From: Nitrospirota bacterium
GTDB taxonomy: Bacteria; Nitrospirota; UBA9217
Direction of reading: 5' to 3'
Assembly: GCA_963790205.1 (NCBI GenBank)
Contig: CAWBNQ010000014.1
Location: 256,001 to 320,000, forward strand
Length of the DNA stretch: 64,000 bases
Shown one piece after another: positions 1 to 10,952 of the stretch. The stretch's first letter is position 1. Each line of letters begins with the position of its first letter. The position numbers and the translations under genes were made by a program. The notes under the pieces are model-generated. The model ran no database searches, was not told the DNA's origin, and saw only the letters and a list, made by a program, of their open reading frames with translations.

Positions 1-88
1 CATGAACATTTATAGCTCTTTCCAAACCACGGTTTCCTAGAAGATTAATCTAGGAATAAGCGCTCGCTCAATAATGAGACAACCTCTT

Positions 89-2227
89 TCACTTTGAGAT
101 TACCTCATTAACAACCGTTATGATTTTTTTGAAATGTTCTTCTGTAGAATACTTTATTGCTTTTTTCATGGCTTTCTCTCCCATTACCTTAGCCTTTTCA
201 GGATTATTTAGAAGCAATAAAATTGCCTCTCTTAACGCAATTACATCATTAGGAGGGACAAACAAACCATCTTCATAATTGTTTATGTAATCAACAGCAC
301 CTTCAGGGTCTGTAACTATTGTGGGTTTCCCTAACAGCATAGAATTTAAAAAGGTTTGTTGCCCGGCTGAACGTAACAAACCCGGAGCTAAAGCAACTAT
401 ATTTATACTGCACTCTGCCATTTTTTTTAAGTATTCTTCTTCACTATAACCTCGTATATCAACATTATCGGGGAGAGAATCATCCGAGCATAATCTAAAC
501 GTGGTGGATGCGATGACTACTTTAACAGGTAACCCTCGAACTGCTTCAATTAGAGTATTGTAATCCCTGTCAGAATTTCCTCCGCTAAAAATGTAACCAC
601 CATCAATCGGTTTTATTTTATAATGTTCGGCATTAGTAGTATGATAAGGCACAAAAACAAATTTCTCTGAAGGCAGGCTAAATGTTTGTGAAAAGTCTTT
701 GATTTCATGTTTTGCCCAAACGATATATCTATCAACTGACTTATTAATAATTTTAAAAATCACCTTCTTGAATTTATGTTTAAGAGTATTCAGATTTTTT
801 GCCCATAGGCAATCGATCATTATGCAGTGGATCTTTCTAAAAGGCAACAAGGACTGCATGAGGGCGAACACAACGTCGCTTCTACCTGCGCCTAAAACTA
901 TGCAATCAAAATTTTTTCTCATGGAATATAGACGAATTGCTAGTTTCAGTGACGAGAGCAGACCATTTCTCTCAAAAGGAAGACGAGTAGTTACCGATTT
1001 CCATGTAGGAGAAGCTTCCTGGCCTCCATGATTTGTCAATATTTTTAAACTTACTGTATATTTTTTTTGCATTACATAATTCCTTTTCTTGTTTATAGTT
1101 ATGAACAAATCTTCGTACTCCTTAATACATCGGTCTAAAGAATAATTATTTTTTGCCAGAGTTTTGGATTTTTGCCCCATTTTTTGCCTTAATGTTTCAT
1201 CTCTTAATAAAGCGAGTAGCACTTTTTTTAATCCCTCCACATCGTCGATATTAACTAAGAAGCCGTTCTCCCTTGGTATAATCACATCTTGGATTCCTTC
1301 TACGTGTGTCCCGACAACAGGAAGCCCTGCAGCCATGGCCTCAATTAAACTGATGGGTAGCCCCTCTTTAAACGAGGTCAGGCAAAAGATGTCCATAATA
1401 CTTAGCAGCTCCGGGATATCGGATCTATAGCCTAAAAACAATATTTTTTGATTTAACCCTTTTTCTACAACGAATTTTCTTATTTCAAGTTCCGAATTTT
1501 CCGGATCATATTTAAAACCCTGGCCAATCAGTAAAAGTTTTATGTTCTTACAATCTTTTATAAGTTCGTAAAAAGCTTCTAAAAGAAAAATGTGATTTTT
1601 TACTTTTTTTAGATTCGCGACAATCCCTATAATTCTTTCATGCTCGGCCAGGCCCAGCTCTTTCCTTAAAACAGATTTATCATTGTAATTTTCAAATGCT
1701 CTGAGGTTAACCCCGTTTTGGATAGTAAAGACCTTGCCATCACCTATGCCGAACTTATGCCGTATTTTTCTTGCAACTGTTGCATTGATTCCCACGGCTC
1801 CATCCGCGCAGTTCAATAAATAGGCTCCTATTTTCGCCCAATTCCAGGATATTTTTTCTATTTCCCATTCAGAATGTTCTGTGTATATAAGCTTTGCACG
1901 ATTCTTTATTTTGCATCCGTAAAATGCATAAATCATTGACATGAAGTGATGCGCATTTACAATATGGATGTTATTGGCCCGGATTATTTCTCCCATCTTC
2001 GCCATTGCGTTAAAATCAATTCTCTTCACTTTGGGGACATGATAAAGCGGGACATTTAGGTCCTGAAACTCCTTCAGAACTCTATCGCCGAAAAACCATG
2101 CTATGGAAGGATTAAATATATTACGATCTAATTTGAGTACTAAATTATGAACCAGGCGCTCTGATCCTCCCATTTCCATTTGCATAATTATGAAAAGAAT
2201 ATTTATCTTGTTAGTAATTTCTCTCAT
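89..2227 (-). CDS. Tandem GT4-GT4 glycosyltransferase (two GT-B units in one frame)
   Basis: Unit 1 has MGGSER, HHF, EGLPISLIEAMAAGLPVV. Unit 2, from internal ATG 1072, has FSGGNSDRDY and AGQQTFLNSMLLGKP. Confidence 0.85.
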   Translation of the reverse strand: MREITNKINILFIIMQMEMGGSERLVHNLVLKLDRNIFNPSIAWFFGDRVLKEFQDLNVPLYHVPKVKRIDFNAMAKMGEIIRANNIHIVNAHHFMSMIYAFYGCKIKNRAKLIYTEHSEWEIEKISWNWAKIGAYLLNCADGAVGINATVARKIRHKFGIGDGKVFTIQNGVNLRAFENYNDKSVLRKELGLAEHERIIGIVANLKKVKNHIFLLEAFYELIKDCKNIKLLLIGQGFKYDPENSELEIRKFVVEKGLNQKILFLGYRSDIPELLSIMDIFCLTSFKEGLPISLIEAMAAGLPVVGTHVEGIQDVIIPRENGFLVNIDDVEGLKKVLLALLRDETLRQKMGQKSKTLAKNNYSLDRCIKEYEDLFITINKKRNYVMQKKYTVSLKILTNHGGQEASPTWKSVTTRLPFERNGLLSSLKLAIRLYSMRKNFDCIVLGAGRSDVVFALMQSLLPFRKIHCIMIDCLWAKNLNTLKHKFKKVIFKIINKSVDRYIVWAKHEIKDFSQTFSLPSEKFVFVPYHTTNAEHYKIKPIDGGYIFSGGNSDRDYNTLIEAVRGLPVKVVIASTTFRLCSDDSLPDNVDIRGYSEEEYLKKMAECSINIVALAPGLLRSAGQQTFLNSMLLGKPTIVTDPEGAVDYINNYEDGLFVPPNDVIALREAILLLLNNPEKAKVMGEKAMKKAIKYSTEEHFKKIITVVNEVISK

Positions 2228-2394
2228 GTAATCTTTTAAAGTTTATTACATATCCGGGTATCGCTAGCATTGAATGGTTTACAAGTGTCTCGCCATGCTG
2301 AGTGAAAAGATTCTCTCAAATCTAGAAAAAAACCTCAGGGCTCGCAACTATTCACGGCATATAACAACGATGTGCTCTTCGCCGTTTCCCTGAT

Positions 2395-3582
2395 TTATAA
2401 TTTTCGTTCCGTTCTTACCCACTTTTTCGTTCCTATGCCCAGTGCAGATAATAAGTCTATTCCTATTTTCCAGATTAAAAATAGCGGAGCGGCAAAAAGA
2501 GATAGAAGGTTTTTCAACTTGTTGCGAGTATACATTATCCCTACCATGAAAATAAAAACCTGCAACAGTATTAGTGATGAAAACCACAAGAGAAAATTAT
2601 AGTTATTCATGAATAATGCCGGTAAGGAGGATAAAATAAAGCCAATTATAGTGATATTCATACCTAATGAAGGATTCGGGAAAAGGAGTGGAAAAGAAGC
2701 ATCTATCTTTTTTAAATTTCTTTCAACCAACCCGCTAAAAAAAAGAGCAATGCCATATTCCCAGGCAACTGCAAATCTTCCACTGGACCATCGCATCCTT
2801 TGAGAAGTGGCTTGTTTTAGAGAAGTTGACTCCTGATGGTAGACACGGGCTTTGTTAGCAAATGCAACTGTCTCTCCTGCTTTAATAAGCTTTGCATAAT
2901 ATTCCCAGTCTTCACCGACAGTAAAAGCATCCCAGCCATACTTCATGAGTATATCGCTTGAGAAACACATTCCATTTCCCATCAGATATGAAGAAAGTCC
3001 GAGCTTTTGTTTGGCAGGATGATAGATTTCATTTCCAATGGTCCGTGATACATCCAGCAATCGAGTAAACCAGCTTTTGTCAGGATTAGCTACGCCATTA
3101 TAACATTGAATAATCTTCTTCCCACTTCTAAGAACCTTATCCAATTGCACGAGCAAATCTTTATTTATGATGCTATCGGCGTCGATAATAAAAATTGCAT
3201 CGTACTCGTTCATATTGATTCTTTCCAGAGCAAACTTGATAGCATACCCTTTGCCACGGTGCTGATCATCTTTTCTTTCTAAAACAAGCGCGCCGTTTTC
3301 AAGGCCGATCTTAGCAGTATGATCACTGCAGTTGTCCGCCACTATTATTGTTCTGACCATTCCGGAAGGATAACCTTGTTTGCTGATGCTCTTTAACAGT
3401 CTGTCTAATAAGAGTTCTTCATTGTGCGCAGGAATGATAATGCCAAATCTTATTTTGGCTGTAGGAAACGAAATGTCACTATCTTTTATAAAGAAATTCG
3501 CAAATAGTAGGATGAAGTCATAAAAAAGGTAGATGCTTACGTAAGCTCCTATGGGAATCAGCAAATAATAAACAAAAATCAT
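2395..3582 (-). CDS. Membrane GT2 glycosyltransferase, cellulose synthase/IcaA-like
   Basis: IPAHNEE, DNCSD, IIDAD, GED and QRMRW (D,D,D,QxxRW); N- and C-terminal TM segments. Confidence 0.88.
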   Translation of the reverse strand: MIFVYYLLIPIGAYVSIYLFYDFILLFANFFIKDSDISFPTAKIRFGIIIPAHNEELLLDRLLKSISKQGYPSGMVRTIIVADNCSDHTAKIGLENGALVLERKDDQHRGKGYAIKFALERINMNEYDAIFIIDADSIINKDLLVQLDKVLRSGKKIIQCYNGVANPDKSWFTRLLDVSRTIGNEIYHPAKQKLGLSSYLMGNGMCFSSDILMKYGWDAFTVGEDWEYYAKLIKAGETVAFANKARVYHQESTSLKQATSQRMRWSSGRFAVAWEYGIALFFSGLVERNLKKIDASFPLLFPNPSLGMNITIIGFILSSLPALFMNNYNFLLWFSSLILLQVFIFMVGIMYTRNKLKNLLSLFAAPLFLIWKIGIDLLSALGIGTKKWVRTERKL

Positions 3583-3685
3583 GTTTTCCCCACATTTATG
3601 AAATCAACAATGTGGACCGCCGTACCTATCTATCGATACGGCAATCCAACGCGTTTTTTTTAACAGGTCCAAAAATGTTTATGGA

Positions 3686-4207
3686 TTACACACCAGTTGT
3701 AATATCACGAGGTAGCACAATATCACGAGTTAGCACAATATGCGGAGAGCTAGAAAAAAATGTTCCGCTTACCGGCAAATTTGACGCAGAACATTCGATT
3801 TTCTGCGGGAGGTGTCCATAATCAGGCGCAGACGGATTGGTCCAGTTTTTAGGTAGATCAAAGCTGGTGATTTGCCCCTCCCAATCATAACCAATGTGGT
3901 ATGTGTGAAAATGAAACATCTTATCACCAAAGCCCGGATGGGGGGGATCGGGTATAAATTCTAAATAAATCCACCCTGATTCACCACCGGATACTCCAAT
4001 CCTTTCAACAGCTACATACCACTCAGAAATTCTAAATTGATATTGCCCGTTCGGAAGTGGTTGACCAGGAGTAACTTGAACGGGTTGACCTGGCCCTCCG
4101 GCAGCCCAGGCTTGCAACTGCCGGGAAATTATCATGGTCGTCCGAATGACTCTTGGTGTGCCTGTGCTGTCCTTTACAGTTCCGCTGCCGTAATATAAAT
4201 GAGACAT
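3686..4207 (-). CDS. Hypothetical protein, 173 aa, no recognised family
   Basis: Strong SD (GAGGAGG) just upstream of ATG; co-oriented with the locus and fills the gap between GT genes. Confidence 0.6.
   Translation of the reverse strand: MSHLYYGSGTVKDSTGTPRVIRTTMIISRQLQAWAAGGPGQPVQVTPGQPLPNGQYQFRISEWYVAVERIGVSGGESGWIYLEFIPDPPHPGFGDKMFHFHTYHIGYDWEGQITSFDLPKNWTNPSAPDYGHLPQKIECSASNLPVSGTFFSSSPHIVLTRDIVLPRDITTGV
3701..3741. repeat. 18-bp tandem repeat (~2.3 copies) at the 3' end of the orphan gene
   Basis: aatatcacgaggtagcac / aatatcacgagttagcac / aatat, encoding IVLTRD-IVLPRD. Confidence 0.7.
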
Positions 4208-4307
4208 AGTTTATCCTCCTTATGCAGTGAGTGGTTAACGTGCTTGTTGTCTGGAAGGCCATACTAACCCAATCACGCAAATATCAGAAGATCCTCCTTA
4301 CCTTCAG

Positions 4308-4329
4308 TTGAAGAATAAGGATTCTTCAA
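4308..4329. terminator. Stem-loop downstream of the GT4 gene (possible terminator or processing site)
   Basis: ttgaagaat-aagg-attcttcaa, a 9-bp perfect stem; no clear U-tract. Confidence 0.3.
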
Positions 4330-4394
4330 TACATATCACAAGCAGCGACTTGCTTTGTGTAAGGTGGTTTTTCTTATCCCCTGCCCTTCCAGTT

Positions 4395-5564
4395 CTAACT
4401 TGCAGCATTTTGGATTCTCATATTTAGATATTCATCCTCTATTTTTTTCGTCCAATCCTCTATGTTATATTTTGATTTTATTTTCTGTCGAGCTTCTCTG
4501 GAGAAACTCTTTCTTAAATTTTCATTCAAATAAAGAAGGCGTATAGCATCTTTAATATCTTGGGGCTTGCCTGGTGGCACGAGTATGCCGTTTTTTTCTG
4601 AATCTATCACCTGGGGTACGCCGCCTACTGCGGAAGCTACAACAGGCATTCCATACGCCATTGCCTCAAGGAGCGACATGGGGGTACCTTCAGTTAAAGA
4701 AGGCAAAACAAATATATCCATCGCAGACAGCCACTTCTCAATTTCACTTTGGAAGCCAACAAAAATAACATTATTTCCAATATTTGCTTTTTTAGCCAAA
4801 TCCTCCAACTCTTTCCTTTGTGGGCCTTCTCCAATTATTAATATCTTTACTGGCACATCAGATTCATTTAAATGCGAGGCCGCTTTGATAAGGTATTGGA
4901 CGCCCTTTTCTTCACTTAACCGACCGACATAACCAACAACAAAATCATGATCAGATAGCCCCAAGTTATGACGCCTCTCCAATCTCCTTTGGCTAGAGGA
5001 CTCCGTGCAGCTGCTTCCATTCACAGCATTTTGAATCGTTACAATACGTGTTTTTCTAATCCCTCTTTTACCTAAGTCATTTTTGATGCTGTCAGATACA
5101 GCTATGATTTTCTTGGCGAATCTCAAAGCGACACGGTCAAATAAATTATATAATTTTAAATTTCTATCAATCGAGACAAACCCATGACACGTGGATATAA
5201 CGGGAATACCTAAAATTTTTGCTGCCGGGATCCCTATGATATCTGCAAAATAGCCGTGAGTATGCACTAAATCGAATGACCCTTTTCTCAAAAAAGAATA
5301 AATCATTCTGTAGCATCGGAGAAGCCTGAAGTAATCCCTTCCTTTACTCCTAGGTTTTATGGCAACAGGTATTTTGTAAAGCTGATAGTCTTCTTTTTTT
5401 AATTCTTGAATAAAAAAGTTTTCCTGTTCCCATGGGCGGACTAAAAGCACTGGGGAAATGTAAAATTTATTTCGGTCTACTTTTTTCAAAAAAGTAAGGC
5501 TGACTTTTTCAGATCCTCCGAAATCAATTGAAGTAAATATGTATGCTATCTTCATCGGATTCAT
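4395..5564 (-). CDS. GT4 glycosyltransferase
   Basis: FGGSEK, HTHG, VGRLSEEKG, EGTPMSLLEAMAYG. Confidence 0.92.
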   Translation of the reverse strand: MNPMKIAYIFTSIDFGGSEKVSLTFLKKVDRNKFYISPVLLVRPWEQENFFIQELKKEDYQLYKIPVAIKPRSKGRDYFRLLRCYRMIYSFLRKGSFDLVHTHGYFADIIGIPAAKILGIPVISTCHGFVSIDRNLKLYNLFDRVALRFAKKIIAVSDSIKNDLGKRGIRKTRIVTIQNAVNGSSCTESSSQRRLERRHNLGLSDHDFVVGYVGRLSEEKGVQYLIKAASHLNESDVPVKILIIGEGPQRKELEDLAKKANIGNNVIFVGFQSEIEKWLSAMDIFVLPSLTEGTPMSLLEAMAYGMPVVASAVGGVPQVIDSEKNGILVPPGKPQDIKDAIRLLYLNENLRKSFSREARQKIKSKYNIEDWTKKIEDEYLNMRIQNAAS

Positions 5565-5590
5565 AATAAATCTCTGCTTATAATTGGATC

Positions 5591-6454
5591 TTATTTCGTG
5601 GCGCGGAGAAGAAATTTATTCTGCGAATATCTTTCTGGGAATAGTTTCATGAATTGTTGATATGCTAAGATCATTTTTGACTTCATGCTCTCAGGCGCCT
5701 TTCCAAGATAATCATGAATGTCCTCATATTTTATATGTATGTCTTTGAATCCATTTTTCTCCAGAATTTTCTTCAGGTTCTTTGGGAAAAGAGCACGTTG
5801 GTTTTTTGAGATATTCTTGATACCGAAGGCAGGGTTGAGGACATTGAATCTGATGAATGAAATGGGGTCTAAGGCATTGACTTCAAACGCAACAAAATAT
5901 TTCCTGGTTACCCTGGATAGTTCTTTCACAATGTTATCAAGGGCTGTAAAGTGGTGGAGAATTAAAGAACAAAAACAGATATCAAATGCATTGTCCTTGA
6001 AGGGAAGCTGTTTAATATCTCCGCACAGGAATAAGACATCCTGATTTTCGTGTTCTGCCAATTTTTTTGCAGCGCGTAAGCCGTTTAACGAAATGTCAAT
6101 TGCAGTCACATCAAACCCCCTCTTGGTCAGATTAACACTGTGGTGGCCTCCACCGCATCCTACCTCTAGTACACTTCCCCTCTCAATGTTTTCCACAAAG
6201 TTGTAAATACGATCATGGCCATACACAATGCAATGTCCATCATCAAGCCCCTTGAGATCGGAAAACATATTTTCATAAAATTCCTTCTCAATAGCGAGAT
6301 TTTGTTCATTGTCCACACTCTTTAAATCAGGCAGCATGACGGGTATCCCGTCTTTTATTGAGTACGTTATATTACACTTTTCACAATGGAGCTTTTCCAT
6401 TATTTTAAGACTGCTTTTGCACTTTGGACAACGTATTCTTGCGTAGTCATTCAT
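5591..6454 (-). CDS. Class I SAM-dependent methyltransferase with N-terminal Trm112-like Zn ribbon
   Basis: CPKC...CEKC...YSIKDGIPVM; VLEVGCGGG; LPFKDNAFD...ILHH. Confidence 0.85.
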   Translation of the reverse strand: MNDYARIRCPKCKSSLKIMEKLHCEKCNITYSIKDGIPVMLPDLKSVDNEQNLAIEKEFYENMFSDLKGLDDGHCIVYGHDRIYNFVENIERGSVLEVGCGGGHHSVNLTKRGFDVTAIDISLNGLRAAKKLAEHENQDVLFLCGDIKQLPFKDNAFDICFCSLILHHFTALDNIVKELSRVTRKYFVAFEVNALDPISFIRFNVLNPAFGIKNISKNQRALFPKNLKKILEKNGFKDIHIKYEDIHDYLGKAPESMKSKMILAYQQFMKLFPERYSQNKFLLRATK

Positions 6455-6499
6455 TCTTATCCCCTTATATTAAATGTCAATTTTTGTCTTGATTTTTAA

Positions 6500-7861
6500 C
6501 TACATTGATGATCCTACGATGGTCTCGTAAAAAGTCGATCTTCGCCCGTTATTCGACATTCCGACTTGTCCGGAATCCTTCTTTTTCAGTGTGTTCTGCT
6601 GCGGTTCGATTCCCGACAATCGGGAATGACGACCTCTCTCGATTTCATCATTCTTTAGTTCATTCTTAAAGTTATAATCCAACTTTATTAAGACCGCTGA
6701 AAGGGCAAAATAAAGTGTAAAGAATATGGAATAGCCTTGAGACAGAAAGAACGCTGTAATAAGGTGGCCGATAAAGCCGACATAGATCAGCCCGGCTATG
6801 GTTCGTATCTCTGCGATCTCTTTGGAGGCGCCTGAAAGCCTCTTAGTCCGCCAAAAGGTCCTGTAGCTCCCGGCTATCAGAGCAAGGAAGAGGATAAAAC
6901 CGATAAAGCCGGTCTCTGTAGCAACTTGCAAATAAGAATTATGGATAGCCTGCCATCGGGGAATTAGTCCGAGGGCCTCTCTCGTGTATCCAATAGCCAT
7001 TGAAGAGCAGTCAACACCCACGCCCGTTATTGGATTGCTTAGAAACAGATCAAATGCTCTTCTCCAGATCTGGAAACGCCCCCATTCATCACTGATATTG
7101 TAATCGCTTCCAACGTCAGTAAGAGAGAGATAGCGATCAACATCGATTTTATCTCTGATCGAAAATAACAGTATGATCATGGCAATGACAACCACAATTT
7201 TATAAGACATCTTGATTCTATGCGTTTTTGTAAAAAGGAAGAATGCCATCACGGCGATCAGTCCTAGCATCCCACCCCGGGACCCCGAATAGAGGATCAC
7301 GGTTAGAGCGGTAAATATGCTGACCACGGCAAGAATTCTTTTCAGGGTGCCTTCACGATGAAAAATAAAGTAAAAGCAAAGCGGAAATAGTGAAATCAGG
7401 ACATAGGCGATATCGTTCGGATCGAACATTCCGCCATAGATCTCGAACCTGCCTCCGGAAAAGGCGCCGTTCATAAGGCCGAAGGCGCCGTAAAAAATAG
7501 TGCATAGACATATCACAAAAAGGACGATCTTCAACTTCTTGAGCGAATCGACTTCCACTACAAGGACGAGGAAAAAAAGCATATTCACCAGATATGTGAG
7601 GAATATGTAGTTGAATGCCACGCCCCGGTGATAAGCAAAAGGTATCCCCAGTATCATGATGAGATAAAAAAGGAAATACTTTCTCGTTTCGGGTATTTGG
7701 AAAATGGAGGAGAGCCGATTTCCCTTCGGCCCGAAAAAAGTACTTCCCGCGTTCAGCGCGGCAAGAACGAGTGCGGGCCTCAATGGTTGCAAAGCAATTA
7801 TTAGGTCCTGAGGCCGCCCAAGAAGGACAAAAATCCATATAAGGAATAGCTTAAAGGTCAT
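6500..7861 (-). CDS. O-antigen ligase/Wzy_C family membrane protein
   Basis: Polytopic; DPND, SGSRGG, R..IW..A...F..NPITGVG, HNSYLQVATETG. Confidence 0.88.
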   Translation of the reverse strand: MTFKLFLIWIFVLLGRPQDLIIALQPLRPALVLAALNAGSTFFGPKGNRLSSIFQIPETRKYFLFYLIMILGIPFAYHRGVAFNYIFLTYLVNMLFFLVLVVEVDSLKKLKIVLFVICLCTIFYGAFGLMNGAFSGGRFEIYGGMFDPNDIAYVLISLFPLCFYFIFHREGTLKRILAVVSIFTALTVILYSGSRGGMLGLIAVMAFFLFTKTHRIKMSYKIVVVIAMIILLFSIRDKIDVDRYLSLTDVGSDYNISDEWGRFQIWRRAFDLFLSNPITGVGVDCSSMAIGYTREALGLIPRWQAIHNSYLQVATETGFIGFILFLALIAGSYRTFWRTKRLSGASKEIAEIRTIAGLIYVGFIGHLITAFFLSQGYSIFFTLYFALSAVLIKLDYNFKNELKNDEIERGRHSRLSGIEPQQNTLKKKDSGQVGMSNNGRRSTFYETIVGSSM

Positions 7862-7874
7862 AGAACTCTTCGAT

Positions 7875-9259
7875 TCACTGATCTGACATCATTGAACTGA
7901 AATTTCCGGCCAGCGCGAAAAGCCGCTGTGCTAATTGCCCGGATAAGCGCTTGGCATCGAATTGCGCATAATGCGTCGGATCGTTTCTGAGGCGGTCCCT
8001 GTCTTCTTGTCGCAAGAGCGTAAAAATATATTCAGCAATGCCATCGATATCCGTCGGTAAGAAACAGGCCCCGCTGTTCGTGTTCTTGATCAGCTTAGAA
8101 GTCGCTCCAGGCTCGGTTATCGCCATAATTTTTGTGCCGGAGTCTAAATAATCATACATTTTTGCAGGTATATTTATACCTTGAATGGGTGTGGCCAGGA
8201 GCAGCAGCAAATGTGAGCGCTGCATGACGAGAAGGGCTTCGCTCAGGGGAACCGGTCCCGAGACTTTTGCGATCGGATCAAGACCATAAGTATGTATCAT
8301 GGAAGATATCGGTTTCCCCTCCATGAGTTCGCAATTGCCGAATAATTTTAACTCGATTTTGGATGTCTCTATCCTGCCAGTAGAAATAAGCTTGTGGATC
8401 GCCTTGAAAAGCGGTTCAGGCGTTCTATTAAGATAGAGCGTACCTGCGTAGGATATCGTAAAGGTATTATAACGTTCAGCCAGGTCTTTTGATGGATATT
8501 TTTCAGTATCAATGCCGTTCGGAATGTAAAGAAATTTCTCTTCAGCCTCGGCTTTATACCTCGCCATGACGGTTTTTCTGTGTTCATCCGTTGTGGTAAT
8601 AATGATATCAGCGTTCTGAATTACCTGTTTCCCCATCCATTGCTCTATCCTATTGGACAGCGTGGTGCGGACAAGAGGCGTCTTCTGCTGTTGCAGATCT
8701 ATCCATGGATCTCTAAAGTCCGCGACCCATTTTACATTCGTCAGCTTCTTTACAATAAGCCCTATCAGATGAGATGAATGGGGCGGGCTCGACGTCATGA
8801 TGCAATCAAATCGCCGTCGATTTATTTAGAAGATCGCCCGCATTGTCGCTGGCAAAACCCAACTTCGCTCACCATCGGGAAGGAAGCTATTGAGAGATAC
8901 CAGCGCTTCAGCTTTTGCAAATAATTTTCTGATCTTATCTGTCCAAAATTCTCTCCGTAAAAGTCCCTGCTGCCGGCTCGGTCTTTCGCCCTCCAGATCC
9001 CGAACAGCGCTGATGCAATTCTCTTTATCGACAGCAAAAAATCAGTAACTCTAGGGACTTTGATGGTCTTCAGGACCCTGGTGTTGCTCAGATCATTCTC
9101 TCTTCCCTTGTCAAGCTGTTCACGATATCTGTCTTTGATGGTCAATACTGTCGGCTCCCAGCCAAATGAAGGCAAATATCGTGCAAACTTGGCAATGCGC
9201 AGCCCTCCGACGTCGGCGTCGGGCGGAAAGTGATATGCTGTGAGCAATATCTTTTACAT
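7875..9259 (-). pseudogene. Disrupted GT4 glycosyltransferase
   Basis: ATG(9259) followed by TAA then KILLTAYHFPP; frameshift near 8885; in-frame TAA at 8826-8828; downstream TSSPPHS and WVADFRDPW motifs intact. Confidence 0.85.
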
Positions 9260-9305
9260 GGGGAATGTTGAAGACCGGCCGTCCCTATTCATCCTATATT
9301 ATTTA

Positions 9306-10475
9306 TCATCTCTGCGTCGGCGACCAGGTGGTATAGGTCGCGCCTTGGAAATACTTAATCCATGCCGTGAAGATGGCAAGGTTCACCATCACAAACGCGT
9401 GTGAAGCTGCAAGCACTCTCGGCAAGAGAGGTACCCGCTTGATGCCTTTGGCGAAACCCGCTGATACATAGAAAACGATCTGTCCGAGGAGGGCCGTCAG
9501 ATAGAAGGAGTTCCGGCTGCCGAGCAGCAGGCTGCTCACGAACAGAATGATCAGAAAGAGAGGGACCAGGAAGCGACAGAGCTTGTGCGAGAAGAGTTCA
9601 AAGGAAAAGATCCCGAACTTCCCCGGGTTCAACAAGGTCCTGTTATTCACCATGGCCCTGATGGTCCTGTTGGTGATCCGGACCTGGCGATGAAACTCGC
9701 CTTTTGCACTTCCCGCGGTCATCTCAAAGCTGAAGGCCTTTTCTTCCAGCACCCCCCTGAACCCCTGCTGAACGATGAGAAGCGGTATGACAAAGTCGTT
9801 GATGTCATGCGGTTTGAGGGGGCAATACAGTTCTTTCCTGATCGCGAAGATCGCCCCGTCGGCGCCGACACAGGAGCCGATCATGCTTTCGCAGGTCTTC
9901 ATGAGCAGTTCCAGCTTCGCATACATGCCCAGGGAGCCGACGGACTCGCCGTCTTTTGGCGCGGTGTACTTCGTCCATCCTGTTACAAAACCGATCTTCG
10001 GGTCCTTGAAATGCTTCATCATTTCCCTGAGGGCATTTTGGTCATATTCGGAGTTTGCATCGGAGAAGACGAGGATCTCGCCTGTTGCGAACGGGACCGT
10101 CATGTTGAGACATTCCGTTTTCCCGATCCTTCCTGCATAGTGTTTCAGGCTGACCCCATTGCCGGCGTAACGTTCGACTATTTCTCTTGTTTTATCCGTT
10201 GAGCCGTCTGATATCACAATGATCTCGAGCAAGTCCTTCGGATAATCCAAGGAAAGCGAATTGACTATCTTTTGGCCGATGACAGCCTCTTCATTATAGG
10301 CCGAGATCAGAAGGGACACCTTCGGAAGAATGTCGGGTGCGAGGACTGACTGCTGCGCCGGTCCTCCCGCGTCTCCCTTGAAAAGCGAAATAGCCCACAG
10401 GACGATCGGGTATCCCGCGTAAGCGTAGAATACCATAAAGAGAGAAAACCAAAAGGAAAATTCAAGGGACGTCAT
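9306..10475 (-). CDS. Membrane GT2 glycosyltransferase (IcaA/PgaC-like family)
   Basis: SAYNEE, SDGSTD, FSDAN, GADGAIFAIR, NDF; terminal TM helices. Confidence 0.9.
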   Translation of the reverse strand: MTSLEFSFWFSLFMVFYAYAGYPIVLWAISLFKGDAGGPAQQSVLAPDILPKVSLLISAYNEEAVIGQKIVNSLSLDYPKDLLEIIVISDGSTDKTREIVERYAGNGVSLKHYAGRIGKTECLNMTVPFATGEILVFSDANSEYDQNALREMMKHFKDPKIGFVTGWTKYTAPKDGESVGSLGMYAKLELLMKTCESMIGSCVGADGAIFAIRKELYCPLKPHDINDFVIPLLIVQQGFRGVLEEKAFSFEMTAGSAKGEFHRQVRITNRTIRAMVNNRTLLNPGKFGIFSFELFSHKLCRFLVPLFLIILFVSSLLLGSRNSFYLTALLGQIVFYVSAGFAKGIKRVPLLPRVLAASHAFVMVNLAIFTAWIKYFQGATYTTWSPTQR

Positions 10476-10930
10476 GCTCTGCTCTCCAGAGTTCTCTCGG
10501 CAACAGGCGAATCACCTCGTTGGTCCATATAGATATCGAACCCTGTCTGGAAGATAAGAAGGGACCAGATCAGCGTGTCGTTGATCTCCTTCCTGCTGTA
10601 GTGGTCCTCCAGAACGGTCCTGATCGTTCCCTGGTCGAACATGCCGTGCCTGGCGAGGTTCTCTTTTGACAGTTTGCTGAGCGTCAGTTCCTTCAGGTCG
10701 GTCTGGAGCCATTTTGTCATCGGGCCGACAAAGCCCTGTTTCCGGTGGTCCAGAACAGGCTTCGGAAGGAGATGGGAGGCGCCTTTCTTGAGAAGGTACT
10801 TTTTTCGGAACCATTTCATCTTCATTTCAGGAGGGATGGTCGCGCAGAACTCCACCAGTTCATGATCGATAAAGGGCGCCCGGACCTCGAGGGAATTGCA
10901 CATGCTCATCCTGTCGGAACAGTACTGTGC
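10472..10930 (-). pseudogene. asnB: C-terminal fragment of asparagine synthase-type amidotransferase
   Basis: DRMSMCNSLEVRAPFIDHELVEF...KYLLK...RKQGF...WL; N-terminal three quarters absent. Confidence 0.85.
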
Positions 10931-10952
10931 CCCGCCAATCAAAACGGGACTG

